In this document: one piece after another, positions 8,898 through 17,420 of the stretch
Layout of the letters: each line of letters begins with the position of its first letter
How positions within the stretch are numbered: position 1 is the first letter of the stretch
Virus record (IMG/VR): IMGVR_UViG_3300046006_000628
Coordinates: 1-57,165 of that record
Length of the DNA: 57,165 nucleotides
Strand: one strand, 5' to 3'
DNA from: a virus
Lineage: Duplodnaviria > Caudoviricetes
Notes under the pieces: model-generated
Database searches by the model: none
What the model saw: the letters and a program-made list of their open reading frames with translations, nothing else
Told to the model about the DNA's origin: nothing
Program-made: the position numbers and the translations under genes

Positions 8898-9107
8898 ATG
8901 GGCAGGTTACTAGGACGCAAGCCCAACGCTCAGTCAGTCATCGGCCGTGCGGCTGGGCTCTACAACGAGGGCGTGGACATCCCCATGATAGCCGAGCGCA
9001 TGGGGATACAGGTCGGCACAGTCTACGCCTACCTCTCAAGGGCACGGTCCCGCAAGCTACTGATATCAAACGATCCCATACCAATGGTACGCAAGGAGCA
9101 ACCATGA
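8898..9107 (+). CDS. Small HTH DNA-binding protein (sigma70 region 4-like)
   Basis: EGVDIPMIAERMGIQVGTVYAYLSRAR. Confidence 0.7.
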   Translation: MGRLLGRKPNAQSVIGRAAGLYNEGVDIPMIAERMGIQVGTVYAYLSRARSRKLLISNDPIPMVRKEQP

Positions 9108-9553
9108 CTGAGTACCCACTAGACACTGAGCGACTGCAATCATGGGCCATCGACATGGCCCGGCATGTGGCCAAGCTATCCAAGGACCCATCGACCAAGG
9201 TCGGCGCTGTCCTGTTCGACAGCAAGCGGCGCTTCGTCAGCGCTGGATACAACGGACTGCCACGTGGAGTGGAGGACAAGCCCGAGCGCCTCACTGATCG
9301 GGACATCAAGTACAGGATGATCCGCCACGCGGAGGCCAACGCCATCGCGTTCGCTACTGCACCCCTCGACGGGGCGACACTGGTGGTAACCCACCCGTGC
9401 TGTGCTCAGTGCGCTGGCGCTGCCATCCAAGCTGGCGTGACCCATGTGGTGTGGCCGAAGCCTGACGCCGTCTTCCGCGGGCGGTGGGCTGCTGACCTCG
9501 TCCTTGTACAAGAGATGTTCCAAGAAGCAGGAGTGCACGTCCATGAAGTCTGA
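9104..9553 (+). CDS. dCMP deaminase
   Basis: SKDPSTKVGA, GYNG, HAEANA, PCCAQC Zn motifs. Confidence 0.92.
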   Translation: MTEYPLDTERLQSWAIDMARHVAKLSKDPSTKVGAVLFDSKRRFVSAGYNGLPRGVEDKPERLTDRDIKYRMIRHAEANAIAFATAPLDGATLVVTHPCCAQCAGAAIQAGVTHVVWPKPDAVFRGRWAADLVLVQEMFQEAGVHVHEV

Positions 9554-9899
9554 ACTTGAAGGCGACGGCTTCATCACGGTCGTACCAGAGGGGCGCAAGG
9601 ACGATCAGGACAAGCTGCGGTACGATCTGATCCCACCCGAACTGCTTGAGGAAGTGGCTCGCGTCTTGACTTACGGTGCTGTTAAGTATAGTGAACGTAA
9701 CTGGGAGCGGGGTATGTCGTGGGGCCGACCCTTTGGTGCACTGATGCGCCACATGTGGGCATGGTGGAAGGGTGAGAACTGTGATCCAGAGACAGGGTAT
9801 TCACATCTCGCACATGCGCTGTGTTGCGTCACGTTCCTTATGACATACGAGCGCCGTGGTATAGGCAAGGACGACAGGCACAAGGTGGGGAGACAGTAA
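9543..9899 (+). CDS. DUF5664-like dATP/dGTP diphosphohydrolase
   Basis: GRKDDQDKLRYDLIP...GAVKYSERNWERG...DPETGYSHLAHA. Confidence 0.85.
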   Translation: MKSELEGDGFITVVPEGRKDDQDKLRYDLIPPELLEEVARVLTYGAVKYSERNWERGMSWGRPFGALMRHMWAWWKGENCDPETGYSHLAHALCCVTFLMTYERRGIGKDDRHKVGRQ

Positions 9900-11776
9900 T
9901 GGACATCGTTACTATAGACTTCGAGACATACTACGACAGGGACTATTCCCTATCTAAGATCACAACCGAGGCGTACATAAGGTCACCTCTGTTCGAGGTC
10001 ATCGGGGTGGGCGTCAAGGTCAACAACGGGCCGGTCGATACCTACAGTGGTGAGGACGCAGGTAAGTTCCTGAAGTCACTGGACTACAGGGACAAGGCTA
10101 TCCTCTGCCACAACACCGTCTTCGACGGGGCCATCCTTTCGTGGAAGTTCGGCATCAAGCCCAAGCTGTGGTTCGACACGCTATCCATGGCCCGACCGAA
10201 GCACGCAGCCACCGTGGGCGGTAGTCTCAAGGCACTGGCTGTTGAGTACGAGCTAGGGCAGAAGGGCGAGGAAGTTATCCAAGCTCTGGGTAAGCGGCGT
10301 AAGGACTTCACCCCTACAGAACTTGCTGCGTACATGCGCTACTGTGCCAATGACGTAGACCTGACCTATGCCCTGTTCAAGAAGCTGCGCAAAGGGTTCC
10401 CAACCGACGAGCTCTTGGTCATCGACCAGACGCTGCGCATGTACACCGAGCCGACAGTGGAGCTCGACGCTGACCTGTTGAACGATCACCTCGCGCGGGT
10501 CATCATGGGTAAGCAGCTACTCATGGACAGCCTCGGCGGTAAGGGCAAGGACATGATCATGTCCAACGAGAAGTTCGCCAAGCTGCTGCGCAAGCGCGGG
10601 GTGGACGTACCCATGAAGACCAGTGGCACCACGGGCAAGGAGACGTATGCCTTTGCCAAGACGGACCTCGACTTCCTCGCACTGCAGGACCACCACGACC
10701 CCGTGGTTCAGACCCTTATCGGTGCCCGGCTCGGGCTCAAGTCCACCTTGGAAGAGACACGCACGTCGAACCTCATTGCCGCATCCAAGCGCGGTCCGCT
10801 GCCCATCATGCTCAACTACTACGGGGCACACACAGGGCGCTTCTCCGGCGGCGACAAGCTGAACCTACAGAACCTGCCCAGCCGTGGCGACAACACCATC
10901 AGGCGGGCACTGCGCGCACCGAAGGGCCACAAGATCATCAGCTGCGATAGCAGCCAGATCGAGGCGCGCATGGTGGCCTACATCGCAGGGCAGACTGACC
11001 TTGTGCAGCAGTTCCGTGAGGGACGGGACGTGTACTCGGAGTTCGCATCCGACATCTACCACCGTAAGATCAGCAAGGGCGACAAGGTCGAACGCTTTGT
11101 AGGCAAGACCTGCATCCTTGGGCTAGGGTACATGACCGGTTCCCCCAAGCTAAGGGATACGCTCAAGCGTGGGCAGGGCGACATCTCCGTGGATGTCACC
11201 GAAGAAGAAGCCAAGGAGATCGTGGACATCTACCGTCGCAAGAACCACAAGATCGTCTCGCTGTGGGGTGCATGTGGCTACGCACTGTCGAGCATGGTGG
11301 CCGGTCGCAGCGGCCGCATCGGTGAGCTTCTTACCTACAACTCGTCGGGCATCCTGCTACCCAACGGTATGACGCTTCAGTACCACGGGCTGCAAGCCAA
11401 GGGGCACCAGTTCCTCTACGTCCAAGACCGGCGCATGTTCACCAGAGCGATGAAGGCCCGCCTTGGTGGCGACCAGAGCAGCGTGGGCGAAGACCTCGTA
11501 CCCGGACAGTCGCGTCTCTACGGTGGCAAGGTGACGGAGAACCTCGTCCAAGCGCTGGCCCGCATCGTTGTGTCGGGGCAGATGCTCAAGATCAAAGAGG
11601 CTGGCTACCACGTCGCCTTCCAAGTCCACGACGAGAACGTCTGCGTAGTGCCTGACGCACAGGCTGAGCAGGCACAGAAGGACATCGTGGAGATCATGTC
11701 CACCCCGCCCACTTGGGCACCCGACTTGCCTGTGGCCTGCGAGGCAGGCATGGCCGACACCTACGGAGACGCGTGA
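9899..11776 (+). CDS. polA: DNA polymerase family A with 3'-5' exonuclease (625 aa)
   Basis: ExoI IDFET; HTGRFS; motif A DSSQIEAR; motif B KTCILGLGY; motif C VHDE. Confidence 0.95.
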   Translation: MDIVTIDFETYYDRDYSLSKITTEAYIRSPLFEVIGVGVKVNNGPVDTYSGEDAGKFLKSLDYRDKAILCHNTVFDGAILSWKFGIKPKLWFDTLSMARPKHAATVGGSLKALAVEYELGQKGEEVIQALGKRRKDFTPTELAAYMRYCANDVDLTYALFKKLRKGFPTDELLVIDQTLRMYTEPTVELDADLLNDHLARVIMGKQLLMDSLGGKGKDMIMSNEKFAKLLRKRGVDVPMKTSGTTGKETYAFAKTDLDFLALQDHHDPVVQTLIGARLGLKSTLEETRTSNLIAASKRGPLPIMLNYYGAHTGRFSGGDKLNLQNLPSRGDNTIRRALRAPKGHKIISCDSSQIEARMVAYIAGQTDLVQQFREGRDVYSEFASDIYHRKISKGDKVERFVGKTCILGLGYMTGSPKLRDTLKRGQGDISVDVTEEEAKEIVDIYRRKNHKIVSLWGACGYALSSMVAGRSGRIGELLTYNSSGILLPNGMTLQYHGLQAKGHQFLYVQDRRMFTRAMKARLGGDQSSVGEDLVPGQSRLYGGKVTENLVQALARIVVSGQMLKIKEAGYHVAFQVHDENVCVVPDAQAEQAQKDIVEIMSTPPTWAPDLPVACEAGMADTYGDA

Positions 11777-12000
11777 TGGCATTTATAGGTAAACTTTATT
11801 ACACGCCACGGTGTAGGTTTCGTACACTCATCGTCCGCTGTCTGCTTTGCGGTAACAAGCAGACCTACACGGAAAAGGTTGGAGAACCCATAACTACATT
11901 TGAGTTTGGTGACGATCCTACCGTAGTACCTTTATGTAACTGCTACGAAAAGGCAGACGACCCCTACTTTGTTCCACTCACAATGGTTGAGGACGCGTGA
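11776..12000 (+). CDS. Small Zn-finger-like protein, paralogue 1
   Basis: MAFIGK...RCLLCGNK...VVPLCNCY. Confidence 0.65.
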   Translation: MAFIGKLYYTPRCRFRTLIVRCLLCGNKQTYTEKVGEPITTFEFGDDPTVVPLCNCYEKADDPYFVPLTMVEDA

Positions 12001-12236
12001 TGGCGATCGTGGGTAGGATAGTGACGCGCCCAGCGAACACCGCACCGCCCATACGCCACATCTCATGGATAGAAATGCGGTGCCTGCTGTGCGGTAAGAA
12101 GACTACGCACGCACTGAACGCGCTGACCTATCACCCACAGGTCGATCTTATACCGAGAAGCCCGATGGTTGTGACGTTCTGCGATTGCTATGACGACATT
12201 CACCAAGATGTAAGGATGATACCCGATGACTGTTAA
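12000..12236 (+). CDS. Small Zn-finger-like protein, paralogue 2
   Basis: MAIVGR...RCLLCGKK...VVTFCDCY. Confidence 0.65.
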   Translation: MAIVGRIVTRPANTAPPIRHISWIEMRCLLCGKKTTHALNALTYHPQVDLIPRSPMVVTFCDCYDDIHQDVRMIPDDC

Positions 12237-12891
12237 ACTTTCCCACTCCTTCAGCGCACTAAAGCAATATGAAAACTGCCCAAAAAGGTACTACCACCAG
12301 CGCATCACCAAGGAGGTTAAGGACAGCGTCGGCGAGGCCACCCTCTATGGTGAGCGGGTGCACAAGCATCTGGAAGACTACCTCAAGACGGGCGCTGCAC
12401 TGCCGGATGATTCGGTCAAGCTCCAGCCTCTGTGCGATACGTTCCGTACAAGCGCAGGGGACGGCGGGTTCTTCGTCGAGCAGGAGTACACCCTGAACAA
12501 GGACCTGCAGGAGACGGGGTGGTGGGACGCTGACGCATGGCTGCGCTTCAAGCTCGACGTGCTGGTCGTGCGCGACAACGGGACTGCCATCGTGGCTGAC
12601 TGGAAGACCGGCAAGCGCCGGCCTGACTTCGACCAGCTGGAGATGTTCGCCCTTGCTGTGTTCAGCTTCTGGCCAGCAGTCAACAAGGTCACGTCCGTGT
12701 TCGTGTGGACCAAAGAGAACGCCATGGACAAGGAGACGTACAAGCGGGAGCACATCGACGACATGTGGACACGCCTGCTTACCCGGATCAACCGGGTGGA
12801 GAAGTCGCTGGAGACTGACGTCTGGCCGGCCAAGCCCAGTGGCCTCTGCCGCTACTGTCCATGCAAGGATTTCTGTGAGTTCGCGGCATGA
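12226..12891 (+). CDS. Cas4-like PD-(D/E)XK exonuclease
   Basis: SFS...CP, G..VH, KLDV, DWKTGK, Q, C-terminal CRYCPCKDFC. Confidence 0.88.
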   Translation: MTVKLSHSFSALKQYENCPKRYYHQRITKEVKDSVGEATLYGERVHKHLEDYLKTGAALPDDSVKLQPLCDTFRTSAGDGGFFVEQEYTLNKDLQETGWWDADAWLRFKLDVLVVRDNGTAIVADWKTGKRRPDFDQLEMFALAVFSFWPAVNKVTSVFVWTKENAMDKETYKREHIDDMWTRLLTRINRVEKSLETDVWPAKPSGLCRYCPCKDFCEFAA

Positions 12892-13364
12892 AACCAGAGG
12901 TGCGAGAGAAATGGATGGCCGCTCGTGTAAAACACGGCGCATACATGGGCGGGGTCGAGTCCCCAGAACACTATATCTGGCGAACCATGGTTGCTAGATG
13001 TACTAGGCCGAGTGCCAAAGGGTACGCCCACTACGGCGGGCGTGGTATTCAGGTCTGTGATAGATGGTCAGACTTCCAAAACTTTTGGGGCGACATGGGA
13101 CCCCGCCCCAGCAAGAAGCACAGCTTAGATCGGACCAACAACGACGGCCCGTACTCGCCCGATAACTGCCGGTGGGCCACCTTCGATGTGCAGCAGAAGA
13201 ATAAAAGGACGACCACCTACTACACCAATGGAGAGTTCATTGGTACGCCCGCCGAGTGTGCAGCGCACATAGGCATTAGCCGAGCACTTGCATCCTACCG
13301 GATGCGAGCTTGGGGAACCTACGAGAAAGGGGTTGCGTGGTGCCTACTCCCGAACATACAGTAA
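12888..13364 (+). CDS. HNH-family homing endonuclease (paralogue of 804-1376)
   Basis: YGGRGIQVCDRW...SLDRTNNDGPYSPDNCRWAT. Confidence 0.85.
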   Translation: MKPEVREKWMAARVKHGAYMGGVESPEHYIWRTMVARCTRPSAKGYAHYGGRGIQVCDRWSDFQNFWGDMGPRPSKKHSLDRTNNDGPYSPDNCRWATFDVQQKNKRTTTYYTNGEFIGTPAECAAHIGISRALASYRMRAWGTYEKGVAWCLLPNIQ

Positions 13365-13660
13365 AGAAGGCGTTAGATCGTATGCTGAAGGCTGAGCGGG
13401 TGTGGTTTTACCCCCCGCAGGCCGGACCATTTGGAAGTGCAGGTATTCCAGACCGAGTAGCGGTCGTGGACGGTCTGTTCGTGGGCATCGAGTGTAAGGC
13501 TGATGCCAAGAAGAAGCCTACTGCTCTGCAGATCAAGTGCATGGCAGACATCGAAGCGGCGGGTGGCAAGTGCTTCGTCGTGTATGACAAAGAAACAATC
13601 GAGCACGTAAGGGAATGGATACATGCTTGTCGTCGAGTCCGTGAGGGCACTAGCCCTTAA
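13340..13660 (+). CDS. VRR-NUC nuclease / resolvase-like protein
   Basis: TPE..VKK, GIPD, GIECKA, PTALQ, AGG; GTG start is inferred. Confidence 0.85.
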   Translation: MPTPEHTVKKALDRMLKAERVWFYPPQAGPFGSAGIPDRVAVVDGLFVGIECKADAKKKPTALQIKCMADIEAAGGKCFVVYDKETIEHVREWIHACRRVREGTSP

Positions 13661-15170
13661 GCTTAATGATCCACATCGGGTGTTGGAGTGCATACCCAAG
13701 GCCAGACAGCTACCCTCCAACCCCAACATCGTCATCGTACCTCACAGGGTCAGAGAGACACAGCGACTGAAGGAACTGGGCTTCAACCCCCCATCTCCTA
13801 TCAAGTACCAGTACGAGTGGCCCGGACAGCTGACGCCCTTCGACCACCAGCGATCGACGGCTGAGTTCGTGACCCTCTACAAGCGGTGTCTGGTGCTCAA
13901 CTCGATCGGCACCGGCAAGACCATGAGCGCCCTGTGGGCAGCCGACTTCCTCATGAACATGGGTGTGGTCAAGAAGGTGCTGATCCTGTCCCCGCTGTCC
14001 ACGCTGGAGCGGGTGTGGGGTGACGCTGTCTTCAAGGAGTTGCACCACCGCAAGTCGGTGACCCTCTATGGTGACGCTGCGCGACGCAAGCGCTTGCTCA
14101 ATACCCAAGCCGACTTCTACATCATCAACCACGATGGCTTCCCCATCATCTCCAAGGATGCGCTGGACATGTTCGACCTCGTCATCATCGACGAGGCAGC
14201 GGTCTACCGGAACCCATCGACCCGCAGGTTCAAGCAGTTCTACCGGTGGCTGGCTGTCCAGCCGGACATGCGCCTGTGGCTGATGACAGGAACGCCCACA
14301 CCCAACGAGCCGACCGATGCGTGGGCGCTGGCCAAGCTGGTCGATAGCCCGCACATGACCAAGAGCTACACCGGGTTCCGTGAGCAGGTCATGACCAAGA
14401 CAGGCCAGTGGCGTTACGTGCCACGGGCGGACAGTGTCGATATCGTCAAGCACGTTCTGCAACCATCCATCAGGTTCACCCGTGAGGAGTGCCTCGATCT
14501 GCCCGACACCCTGACGCAGACGCGCAAGGTGGACATGACGCCCGAGCAGGCCAAGCACTTCAAGCAGATGCTCAAGCAGCTGGTGACTGAGGCAGCAGGC
14601 GGCACGATCACGGCGGTCAACGAGGCGGTCAAGGCGCAGAAGCTGATCCAGATCGCACTGGGTGTAGCCTATGGTGAGGATGGTGAGCCGATCGAACTGG
14701 ACTGCGCACCGCGGATCAGCGCGGTTAAAGAGGTCATCGAGGAGGCGGGTGAGAAGGTCATCCTTTTCGTCCCCTTGACAGGCGTCCTGCGCATGTTGGA
14801 GCGCGAACTATCCAAGCAGTGGACGGTGGGAGTGATCAACGGTGAGGTGTCATCGGCCAAGCGCAACGACATCTTCCATAACTTTCAACACGCTAAGGAC
14901 CCGCACATATTAATTGCACACCCCGCAACAATGGCGCATGGATTGACCTTGACAGCCGCGTCAACTGTTGTATGGTATGGGCCTATCACCAGTAACGAAC
15001 AGTATGTTCAAGCCAACGGCCGCGTAGAACGCATCGGTAAGAAACATGTGTCGAACGTGGTCCACATAGAAGCAACCGAAGTTGAGCACCGCATCTACGA
15101 GAGACTGCAGAACAAGCAGAAGCTGCAGGGTGTATTGCTTGACCTGATATCCCAGATGGGGAAGGAGTGA
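13623..15170 (+). CDS. SNF2-family helicase
   Basis: GTGKT, IIDEA, TGTP, HGLTL, QANGRVERIG. Confidence 0.9.
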   Translation: MLVVESVRALALKLNDPHRVLECIPKARQLPSNPNIVIVPHRVRETQRLKELGFNPPSPIKYQYEWPGQLTPFDHQRSTAEFVTLYKRCLVLNSIGTGKTMSALWAADFLMNMGVVKKVLILSPLSTLERVWGDAVFKELHHRKSVTLYGDAARRKRLLNTQADFYIINHDGFPIISKDALDMFDLVIIDEAAVYRNPSTRRFKQFYRWLAVQPDMRLWLMTGTPTPNEPTDAWALAKLVDSPHMTKSYTGFREQVMTKTGQWRYVPRADSVDIVKHVLQPSIRFTREECLDLPDTLTQTRKVDMTPEQAKHFKQMLKQLVTEAAGGTITAVNEAVKAQKLIQIALGVAYGEDGEPIELDCAPRISAVKEVIEEAGEKVILFVPLTGVLRMLERELSKQWTVGVINGEVSSAKRNDIFHNFQHAKDPHILIAHPATMAHGLTLTAASTVVWYGPITSNEQYVQANGRVERIGKKHVSNVVHIEATEVEHRIYERLQNKQKLQGVLLDLISQMGKE

Positions 15171-15171
15171 C

Positions 15172-15399
15172 ATGAGCTTTGTTATTGATAGGGGCGTACC
15201 GCTTCCCGAGAAGAACGTCCGCTGGAAGTACCCGTTCGAGCAGATGGAAGTCGGCGACAGCTTCTTCGTCGTCAACAAGGACACAACCCAGATGTCTGCG
15301 CTGTGCAAGCGCGCAGCCACGCGCCTCGGTGGTCGCTTCGTTACCGCCAAGGTCGAGCACGATGGTGCCTCTGGCGTCCGGGTCTGGAGGATGGAATGA
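15172..15399 (+). CDS. Small DNA-binding-like protein
   Basis: KYPFEQMEVGDSFFV...GVRVWR, a recurrent phage family. Confidence 0.75.
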   Translation: MSFVIDRGVPLPEKNVRWKYPFEQMEVGDSFFVVNKDTTQMSALCKRAATRLGGRFVTAKVEHDGASGVRVWRME

Positions 15400-15797
15400 C
15401 CCTCACAGTCGAGCAGGTTGTAGGGACCTACATCAAGCTTCGGCGCAAGAAGGAAGCGCTGGAGAACCAAGTCAAGGCAGACGTCGATGCTATCAAGGCC
15501 AGCATGGGCAAGATCGAAGCTTGGCTTATGGAGAAGGCAGACGCTGATGGCGTCACGTCCTTCAAGACAACGGCCGGGACGGCGTTCGTCACGACCACGG
15601 ACTTCGCCAACGTCGCAGACTGGGACGCTGTGCTCACCTTCATCAAGTCGCATGACGCGTTCGACATGCTGGAGAAACGGGTGAGCAAGAGCGCGGTCCG
15701 CGCCTACATGGACGAGTCCGGCGACGTACCGCCGGGCATCAACTACGGAACCAAGATCGGCATCAACGTCCGGAAAGCAGCAGGGGGTGACGAATGA
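15396..15797 (+). CDS. Conserved replication-module coiled-coil protein
   Basis: YIKLRRKK, SFKTTAGT, DW, LEKRVS, VPPG; GGAGG RBS. Confidence 0.75.
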   Translation: MTLTVEQVVGTYIKLRRKKEALENQVKADVDAIKASMGKIEAWLMEKADADGVTSFKTTAGTAFVTTTDFANVADWDAVLTFIKSHDAFDMLEKRVSKSAVRAYMDESGDVPPGINYGTKIGINVRKAAGGDE

Positions 15798-16072
15798 GCT
15801 TGCTGAGACGGATACTTCAGGGTGTCAGCAGTGGCTCGGACAAAGGGGCGATTGCGAGTGCCCCAAGGCGCAGCCACCTGCTGGACGCTATGACGGAAGA
15901 AGGATCACCGGGCACCCTCACAGTAATGGCTATCCGCAACGGCTTTCTGGTAACCCGCAGGGTGTATAACCCCAACGGACCGGATCGGATCGAAGCTACC
16001 TACGCTGCTAACGCCGACGACTTGGGCCCGCAGATCATCGCTGAACTGGCGCAGCTGCGCCTCACTAAGTAA
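15794..16072 (+). CDS. Hypothetical protein
   Basis: ATGA overlap; IRNGFLV; ends AQLRLTK. Confidence 0.65.
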   Translation: MSLLRRILQGVSSGSDKGAIASAPRRSHLLDAMTEEGSPGTLTVMAIRNGFLVTRRVYNPNGPDRIEATYAANADDLGPQIIAELAQLRLTK

Positions 16073-16091
16073 CGCTCACCGAGAGGACACC

Positions 16092-17099
16092 ATGAGCAAC
16101 ATCGTACCAACCAACATCCAAATCCCCGCCCACCTCGCTCGCGTGATGGGTCAGCCGTCGGCACTCGCTACCGCTCTGGCTGGTGGGCTCGCCGGAACCG
16201 CGGACTTCCCCCGCATCTCCATCAAAGGGGCACGGTTCCGCATCGTCGAGGGTGGCACTGAGACTGTCCTCGAAGACACCAAGCTGTCGGTCGTCATCGT
16301 GGGTGCCAACCCCCGTCTGTCGAAGACGTACTATGCAAAGACGTGGAGCCCGGACAGTGAGCCTGCCTCGCCGGACTGCTACTCTCTCGACGGACTTCGG
16401 CCGAACCCGGACAGCACGGCACCGCAGAACGATACCTGCGCCACCTGCCCGATGAACGCATGGGGTTCCAAGGTCACTCCCCAAGGGGCGAAGATCAAGG
16501 CGTGCGCCGACCAGAAGCGTCTGGCTGTCGTGGCCTCGAACGATCCGACCGGTCCGATTTACCTGCTGCAGGTTACGCCCGCCGCACTGAAGGGACTGGG
16601 TGCCTACCAGAAGGAACTGCAGATGCGGGGCATCCCCGTGGAAGCAGTCAAGACCGTGGCTACCTTCGACACCGACGCCAGCTTCCCCAAGCTGATGTTC
16701 AAGTTCGGCGGGTTCCTCGACGAGGCAGAGTACGCAGCGGTTGAAGAACTGTTCGGCTCGGAAAAGGTCATGGACGTCACCGGTGAGCGCGAGACACCAG
16801 CGCCAGCAGAGCCGGCACCCAAGCCCAAGCCTGTGTCCGTGACAGCCACGCCGAAGCCCAAGCCTGCACCCGCACCGGTGGTCGAGGAAGAAGCTCCTGC
16901 ACCCAAGCGTGGGTTCGGTGCCAAGGCAGCACCGGTGGTCGAGGAAGACGAGGTGATCGAAGAAGCCCCGGCACCCAAGCCGAAGGCCGCAGCACCCAAG
17001 CCCGCACCGAAGGCAGCGCCCAAGGTCGAAGCCAAGGGTAGCACCAACCTCGCTGATGAAATCGCTGCACTGATGGGGGACATGGATGACGACGACTGA
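16092..17099 (+). CDS. Putative ssDNA-binding/annealing protein with Pro/Ala/Lys linker and acidic tail
   Basis: PDCYS, CATCP, KAC; C-terminal DMDDDD; position in the replication module. Confidence 0.65.
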   Translation: MSNIVPTNIQIPAHLARVMGQPSALATALAGGLAGTADFPRISIKGARFRIVEGGTETVLEDTKLSVVIVGANPRLSKTYYAKTWSPDSEPASPDCYSLDGLRPNPDSTAPQNDTCATCPMNAWGSKVTPQGAKIKACADQKRLAVVASNDPTGPIYLLQVTPAALKGLGAYQKELQMRGIPVEAVKTVATFDTDASFPKLMFKFGGFLDEAEYAAVEELFGSEKVMDVTGERETPAPAEPAPKPKPVSVTATPKPKPAPAPVVEEEAPAPKRGFGAKAAPVVEEDEVIEEAPAPKPKAAAPKPAPKAAPKVEAKGSTNLADEIAALMGDMDDDD

Positions 17100-17376
17100 G
17101 GAGAAGCCGCTGGCCTTCGCGCGCATCGACGCGCTTAGGCGGCACATGCTCCTCACAAAGACACAGATGGCGCGGTTACTCGGGGTGTCCCGGGTAACCT
17201 ACCACGCTTGGGAGAAAGCGGGGGGTCCATCTAGGCGCAGCATCATGTATGCACGCGCAGTCTTGAAGGAGTTGCTACGGGTCATGGTGGAACACGAGTG
17301 GCCAACACCGACCGTCGTGGCTATGGATCAGGAAGACCGGCTCATTGAGCTACAAAAACTGATCCGGGTAGTGTAG
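17086..17376 (+). CDS. XRE-like HTH protein
   Basis: LTKTQMARLLGVSRVTYHAWE. Confidence 0.8.
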   Translation: MTTTEEKPLAFARIDALRRHMLLTKTQMARLLGVSRVTYHAWEKAGGPSRRSIMYARAVLKELLRVMVEHEWPTPTVVAMDQEDRLIELQKLIRVV

Positions 17377-17400
17377 GAATGGGGGTTCACGCCCCCATTC
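17377..17400 (+). promoter_or_regulatory. 9-bp hairpin/inverted repeat upstream of the primase gene
   Basis: GAATGGGGG-TTCACG-CCCCCATTC; no U-tract. Confidence 0.4.
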
Positions 17401-17420
17401 AACCGAGCAGGGTAGGGATA

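Noticed and set aside
9543-11776. Z-genome (2-aminoadenine) or 7-deazaguanine modification system
   Set aside because: No PurZ, DatZ or Que/Dpd genes were recognised
12888-13364. HNH gene as part of a group I intron
   Set aside because: Flanking genes appear intact and overlap the HNH ORF directly, leaving no room for an intron core
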